A stretch of DNA of 64,000 nt from an uncultured Gemmatimonadales bacterium (GTDB lineage: Bacteria > Gemmatimonadota > Gemmatimonadetes > Longimicrobiales > Longimicrobiaceae): NCBI GenBank assembly GCA_963716255.1, contig OY970303.1, positions 2,048,001 to 2,112,000 of the forward strand, in the 5' to 3' direction. A program made the translations under genes and the position numbers. Under the pieces are notes generated by a model. It made no database searches. It had not been told where the DNA came from and saw only the letters and a program-made list of their open reading frames with translations. Shown piece after piece: positions 59,760-64,000 of the stretch (positions within the stretch are counted from its first letter, which is position 1; each line of letters begins with the position of its first letter).

Positions 59760-59969
59760 CCCCCTCCCCCGACCCCTCCCCGCAAGGGGGAGGGGGGAAC
59801 GACGACGGCCGCCCTCACCCGGCTCGCTTGAGGCTCGCCACCCTCTCCCAATCCTGGGAGAGGGGGCTAACTGCTGGACTCCGTGCAGTCGTCCCCTCCC
59901 CCGCTTGCGGGGGAGGGGTGGCGCGCAGCGCCGGGGTGGGGGGCCCCAGCGGACGCCAGCGCGAGCCCC
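59760..59969. repeat. Cluster of REP-like modules C plus linker D
   Basis: Three CCCTC(T/C)CC...GGGAG(A)GGG palindromes; 59811..59969 collinear with 24019..24179. Confidence 0.9.
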
Positions 59970-60100
59970 GCGTGAGGGATTTCGGCCCGAAGGGGCGAGA
60001 CCCGGCGGGCAGTTTCGCGGGGGCTCGACTCCGTTACGCACGGTTGTTTCGTGCGTTACGGAGCCGAAGCCCGACCCCGGCGCCAGCCGGGGACACGCCC
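59970..60100 (-). repeat. Module A, copy 7
   Basis: Variant stem ACGCACG/CGTGCGT. Confidence 0.95.
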
Positions 60101-60144
60101 AAACCCGTCCGTTCGAAACAGCAGCTCAGAACCGCGATGTGAGA

Positions 60145-60963
60145 TCACGGAGTCGATCTCTGTACGTCCGCCTCCCCATCCAGGGGCCGCCAGATCAAGC
60201 CTTCCGCGACCCACTTTCCGCTATCGAGCTTCGCCGAACCTCTGAATTCTTTGCCATCCCAAGTGAAATCATGAATTCCTAGGTCGTGAGGGGAACTGCC
60301 CCGGTTGAATTTAAACCGGCCCACGTAGCGATTCCGGTCGATGATGCCGAAGCTCTCCCATGTGTTCGCCCGGACCGTCATTCTGGGGTGCTGAATCTCG
60401 ATCTCCAGCCGTTCATGCCTCTTCTCGCCGTCGGGGGTAGTCGAAAACACACGGTAGGGATGCAGACCATCCGGAACGGACGGTTTTTCTTCGGAAGGAT
60501 CACGATCGAACCGTTCAAAGTCTCTATCGGTGAAATCGGCAGAATGAGAGTGGGAGAGGCTCTCGTTCAGGATTTGAATGAGCGTTCGGAGCCCCTGTTT
60601 AGAGTCCAGATTGAATCCCGTGAGCAGTCCCAAGGGTGAAGGGAGTTCGCCCACGTTCACTCCCGCAATGCCCACCGGAACTACCTGAACGGCCCGATCG
60701 TACGCCAGGCCGGCCTCAAAGAAGATCCACTGTGAGCGAAGCGAATCTGGCGATAAAAATATGAACACGATTCCGGCGCGCTTGATTGCGGAAACGAGAT
60801 GCTCCATCCAATTTCGGCCGGCAGTGAGGCTGGAGCCATCGCAGGACAAAAAGAACTCGATGGTACCGCTGGTTCTCGCAGCAAGAAGATCCTTGAGGCG
60901 AACCAGCGCCTCAGCATCTCTTGAGCTGTGACTCATGAAGACCAGTGGCTTCACGTAATCCAT
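60145..60963 (-). CDS. TIR-domain protein with an unknown C-terminal domain
   Basis: VFMSHSSRD, G.NW, FLSPDSLRSQWIFFEAG, VVPV; lower GC than flanks. Confidence 0.88.
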   Translation of the reverse strand: MDYVKPLVFMSHSSRDAEALVRLKDLLAARTSGTIEFFLSCDGSSLTAGRNWMEHLVSAIKRAGIVFIFLSPDSLRSQWIFFEAGLAYDRAVQVVPVGIAGVNVGELPSPLGLLTGFNLDSKQGLRTLIQILNESLSHSHSADFTDRDFERFDRDPSEEKPSVPDGLHPYRVFSTTPDGEKRHERLEIEIQHPRMTVRANTWESFGIIDRNRYVGRFKFNRGSSPHDLGIHDFTWDGKEFRGSAKLDSGKWVAEGLIWRPLDGEADVQRSTP

Positions 60964-61035
60964 ATTTCGCACATCGTGAGTTGATCGGTGGTTTGCCGGA
61001 GCGACCTGCTGTGATCGCTGCCGAAGGCGCAGGGG

Positions 61036-61438
61036 CTACGGCTCCTTGCCGGCGCGGCGGACCTGCCCGGCGAGCCAGTCCGACAGCCGCTCGTGCTCGG
61101 CCGTGGCGTCGGGCGCCTCCCCGTCGGCGAGCAGACGGAGCGCGCGGTCCCGAGTGAGCGCAGCCTTGGCGACGTGCCACACGGCGATTGCCTCCAGGCG
61201 GCGGTGGCGGGCGGCGGAGCGCTCCAGCCCGAGCTGGTCCTCCAGGTGGCCCAGGTAGGCGGCCACATGCACCTCGGACGCGTCGGCGGCGACCATCCCC
61301 ACCACGATCGCCGCGTACTCCCGCAGCGCGTCGTCCTCCACCCGCGCGTCGAAGCCGAAGAAGTGCCGGCGCCTTCGCGATCCTGCGCTCCGCGGGCTCG
61401 CCGCGGTCCACCCAGTTGCTCGCCCTGGCCGAGATCAT
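61036..61438 (-). pseudogene. Hypothetical protein with an apparent frameshift near 61365-61372
   Basis: GAGGAG-preceded ATG at 61438 (MISARASNWVDRGEPAERRIAKA); high-GC3 coding then continues in the frame of track ORF 61036..61341. Confidence 0.55.
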
Positions 61439-61451
61439 CGCTCCTCGCCTG

Positions 61452-62003
61452 TCATCGGCTCCCGGCGCCGCGGCCGTGCGCCGCGACGATGCACAGGCCG
61501 AGCTCGGGCGGCGGCTCGGCGCGGGTCACCCGCTCCACCGTGAAGCCGTTCTCCCGCAGGAACGCCGTGCACGCCTCCGCCGCGCGCTCGAGCCGCGCCG
61601 GCGAGGGCGGCTCGTAGAACAGGTACAGCCGCCCGCCGGGGGCGAGGACCCGCCGGACCGCCGCCAGCTCCCTCGCCGGGCCCAGCCAGAAGGCATTCAC
61701 GTTCACCGCGAAGACCCGGTCGAAGCGCTCGTCGAGGGAAGCGTCCGCGAGCGCGGCGCACACCAGCCGCACCCGGCCGGAGCGGACGTGCGCCAGGTTC
61801 CGTGCCTCCGCCGCGGCGATCGCGGCAGGAGAGCGGTCGATGCCGACCAAGCGCGCGGCGTCCGCCGCCTCGCAGATCAGCCCGATCGCCACGCCCCTGC
61901 CGCAGCCGACCTCCAGGACGAGCTCGCCCGGCAGGACGCCGAGCACGTCCACGGCCCATCGCAGGCGCGCCGGGACCTTCGAAGCCGTCACGAGGCGGTC
62001 CAC
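61452..62003 (-). CDS. Class I SAM-dependent methyltransferase
   Basis: VLEVGCGRG, GIDRS, FDRVFA, RVLAPGG. Confidence 0.88.
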   Translation of the reverse strand: MDRLVTASKVPARLRWAVDVLGVLPGELVLEVGCGRGVAIGLICEAADAARLVGIDRSPAAIAAAEARNLAHVRSGRVRLVCAALADASLDERFDRVFAVNVNAFWLGPARELAAVRRVLAPGGRLYLFYEPPSPARLERAAEACTAFLRENGFTVERVTRAEPPPELGLCIVAAHGRGAGSR

Positions 62004-62070
62004 GCCACGAATTCGACCACGGAGTGGCGCGCAGCACCGGGGGGCCCCGGCGGACGCCAGCGCGAGCCCC

Positions 62071-62201
62071 GCGTGAGGGATTCCGGCCCGAAGGGGCGAG
62101 ACCCCGCGGGCAGTTTCGCGGGGGCTCGACTCCGTTGGGCTGCGTTGTTTGCAGCCCTACGGAGCCGAAGCCCGACCCCGGCGCCAGCCGGGGACACGCC
62201 C
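62071..62201 (-). repeat. Module A, copy 8
   Basis: Reverse-complement match; preceded by linker GCGGACGCCAGCGCGA. Confidence 0.95.
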
Positions 62202-62212
62202 AAACCTGCCGT

Positions 62213-64000
62213 TCACTCCCCTGGACGATACACCCGCTCGGTGTGCCCCACCAGCTGCGACGGGTAGAAGTACACGTCGCGCAGGCTCCCGCCCGCGTAC
62301 CGCTCCGCCTGGTCGTTGAAGTGCCTGGACCCCGGGTGCCCGCTCTCCCCGCCGGCGGTCACGGCCCGCGCCCGCACGCTGTCGCCGAACTCCACCACCG
62401 CCACGAAGCTGTTGCCGCTGGTGCCGTAGTACCGCCGGGTGCCCGGGTAGCGCCGCGCCCCGAACGAGGCGAGCGACCCCCACTGCGCCGAGGTGAAGGG
62501 CACGGGGATGCTGGCCCCCGCGTCGGAGAACGGCTGCACGATGTCGCCGGTGAGGCGCTGGAAGCGGTTGATCTCCCCCCACGGCGTCCGCCAGCTCCCG
62601 AAATCCTTTTCCAGCCGGTCGGAGGCAGCGGCGAGGGCCCGCAGCTTCTGCTCGGAGGTGGTGCGCGTGGCCATGTAGTCGTACACGCTGATCCCCGCCG
62701 TGTGCGCGTCGGCGGCCACCTGGCCCCACAGCTCCTCGCCCCAGAACACCGCCAGCGAGGTGGCCACCGACTCCGCGGACCACCGGTAGTCCCAGTCGCG
62801 CAGCACCCCCACCTGCTGGGCCACCCGCGGCCCCAGCGGGCTGTCCGCCGCCGTGCGGTGGTCGAACGCCTCCAGCAGCCTGGGAACCAGCCGCGCGAAG
62901 GCGGTGAGGTAGGGATCGTACGCCGCCGCCTGGAGCGACTCCAGCGTGAAGTCCCTGCGATTCTCCAGCACCATCACCGCGTGGAGCCCGCGCGGGTTCT
63001 CCCCGGCCCGGTCCATGTAGCGCGGGAAGCGGTCGCGCCGGGGGCTGTCGGGTCCGGCCGCCGAGTACGGCCAGTTGTTGGTGTTCTGGATCCAGCCGAC
63101 GGCCGGGTTCAGCAGGTGCGGGGCCTCGTCCACCGGGTGCAGCCCCTTCCAGTCGGTGGCGGGGTCGCTCCCGTCCACCGGACGCGAGTAGTCGAAGCGG
63201 TCGTCGCGGCGCGGGATGAAGTGCGGGTGGAAGTAGGCGATGTTGCCTTCGGCGTCCGCGAAGATGGTGTTGTTGGACGAGTTGGCGCGCAGCTCCTCCG
63301 CCACCCGCCGGAACGACGCGTAGTCGCGCGCCTTGGTGCGCAGGAACGACTGGCTGAGCGCCTCCACCGGCCGCTGCATCAGCGCGACGCTCACCCACCT
63401 GCCGCCCTCTTCGCGGACGACGGGGCCGTGGTGCGTCCGGTAGACGGTGAACGTCCGCTGCGCCATGGCGCCGCCCGCGGTCCGGAAGGGCACGGTGACG
63501 GTGTCGGTGGCCACGGGGCGCTCCTCGCCGCCGTAGCGGTAGAAGCGGCGCCCGTCCCGCTCCGTGACCGTTTCCAGGAACTCGTCGATCACGTCCACGC
63601 CGCTGGAGGTGTGCATCCACCCCGCGCGCTCGTTGAAGCCCTGGTACAGGAAGAACTGCCCCCAGGTCGCGGCGCCGTAGGCGTTCAGCCCCTCGTCGCT
63701 GGTCACCTGCTGCTCGGAGCGGAAGAAGAACGAGGTGTGCGGGTTGATGAGCAGCAGCGCGTGGCCGTCCCTGGTGTTCCTGGGGGCGATGGCGAAGCCG
63801 TTGGAGCCGCCGGGCTCGCGGAAGCGCGCGGGATTCTCCTCCGGCGCCAGGGCGACGGCGCGCCTGCCGTAGAACGCCTCCAGCTCCCGCAGCGACACCG
63901 ACTCGATGTCCCCGCCGATGCTCCCCTCGCTGAAGGAGAGCGCCATCCACGGCTCGAAGCGCCGGATGACGCGCGGCGTGACCTCGGGGTGGGTGTGCAG
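62213..64000 (-). CDS. Penicillin acylase family Ntn-hydrolase, 5' end outside the window
   Basis: GSNGFAI (beta-chain Ser), INPH, RTHHGPV, NNWP, WGEINR, GGESG. Confidence 0.93.
   Translation of the reverse strand: MHTHPEVTPRVIRRFEPWMALSFSEGSIGGDIESVSLRELEAFYGRRAVALAPEENPARFREPGGSNGFAIAPRNTRDGHALLLINPHTSFFFRSEQQVTSDEGLNAYGAATWGQFFLYQGFNERAGWMHTSSGVDVIDEFLETVTERDGRRFYRYGGEERPVATDTVTVPFRTAGGAMAQRTFTVYRTHHGPVVREEGGRWVSVALMQRPVEALSQSFLRTKARDYASFRRVAEELRANSSNNTIFADAEGNIAYFHPHFIPRRDDRFDYSRPVDGSDPATDWKGLHPVDEAPHLLNPAVGWIQNTNNWPYSAAGPDSPRRDRFPRYMDRAGENPRGLHAVMVLENRRDFTLESLQAAAYDPYLTAFARLVPRLLEAFDHRTAADSPLGPRVAQQVGVLRDWDYRWSAESVATSLAVFWGEELWGQVAADAHTAGISVYDYMATRTTSEQKLRALAAASDRLEKDFGSWRTPWGEINRFQRLTGDIVQPFSDAGASIPVPFTSAQWGSLASFGARRYPGTRRYYGTSGNSFVAVVEFGDSVRARAVTAGGESGHPGSRHFNDQAERYAGGSLRDVYFYPSQLVGHTERVYRPGE

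Overview
64 kb of very GC-rich (roughly 70-75% by eye) bacterial chromosome. SusC/SusD pairs, many ECF sigma factors and Tat substrates in such a genome suggest Gemmatimonadota (Longimicrobium-like); this is inference. About 55 CDSs are supported: methyltransferases, DUF3616, PrsW, 5'-nucleotidase, idi, a TPR-GT2-GH26 polysaccharide operon, a two-subunit Mo-enzyme, two SusC/D pairs, a copper/metal cluster, an M14 peptidase, three ECF/anti-sigma pairs, cax, a low-GC TIR gene and a penicillin acylase. I saw no rRNA, tRNA, CRISPR, integrase or transposase. The strongest unexplained signal is non-coding: a ~128-nt multibranch element in 8 full copies plus derivatives. Its hairpin stems change sequence between copies while keeping base pairing. 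It usually sits just 3' of a stop codon and joins other modules to form mosaic repeats. Two genes carry apparent frameshifts. All family calls come from reading motifs by eye, not from database searches.
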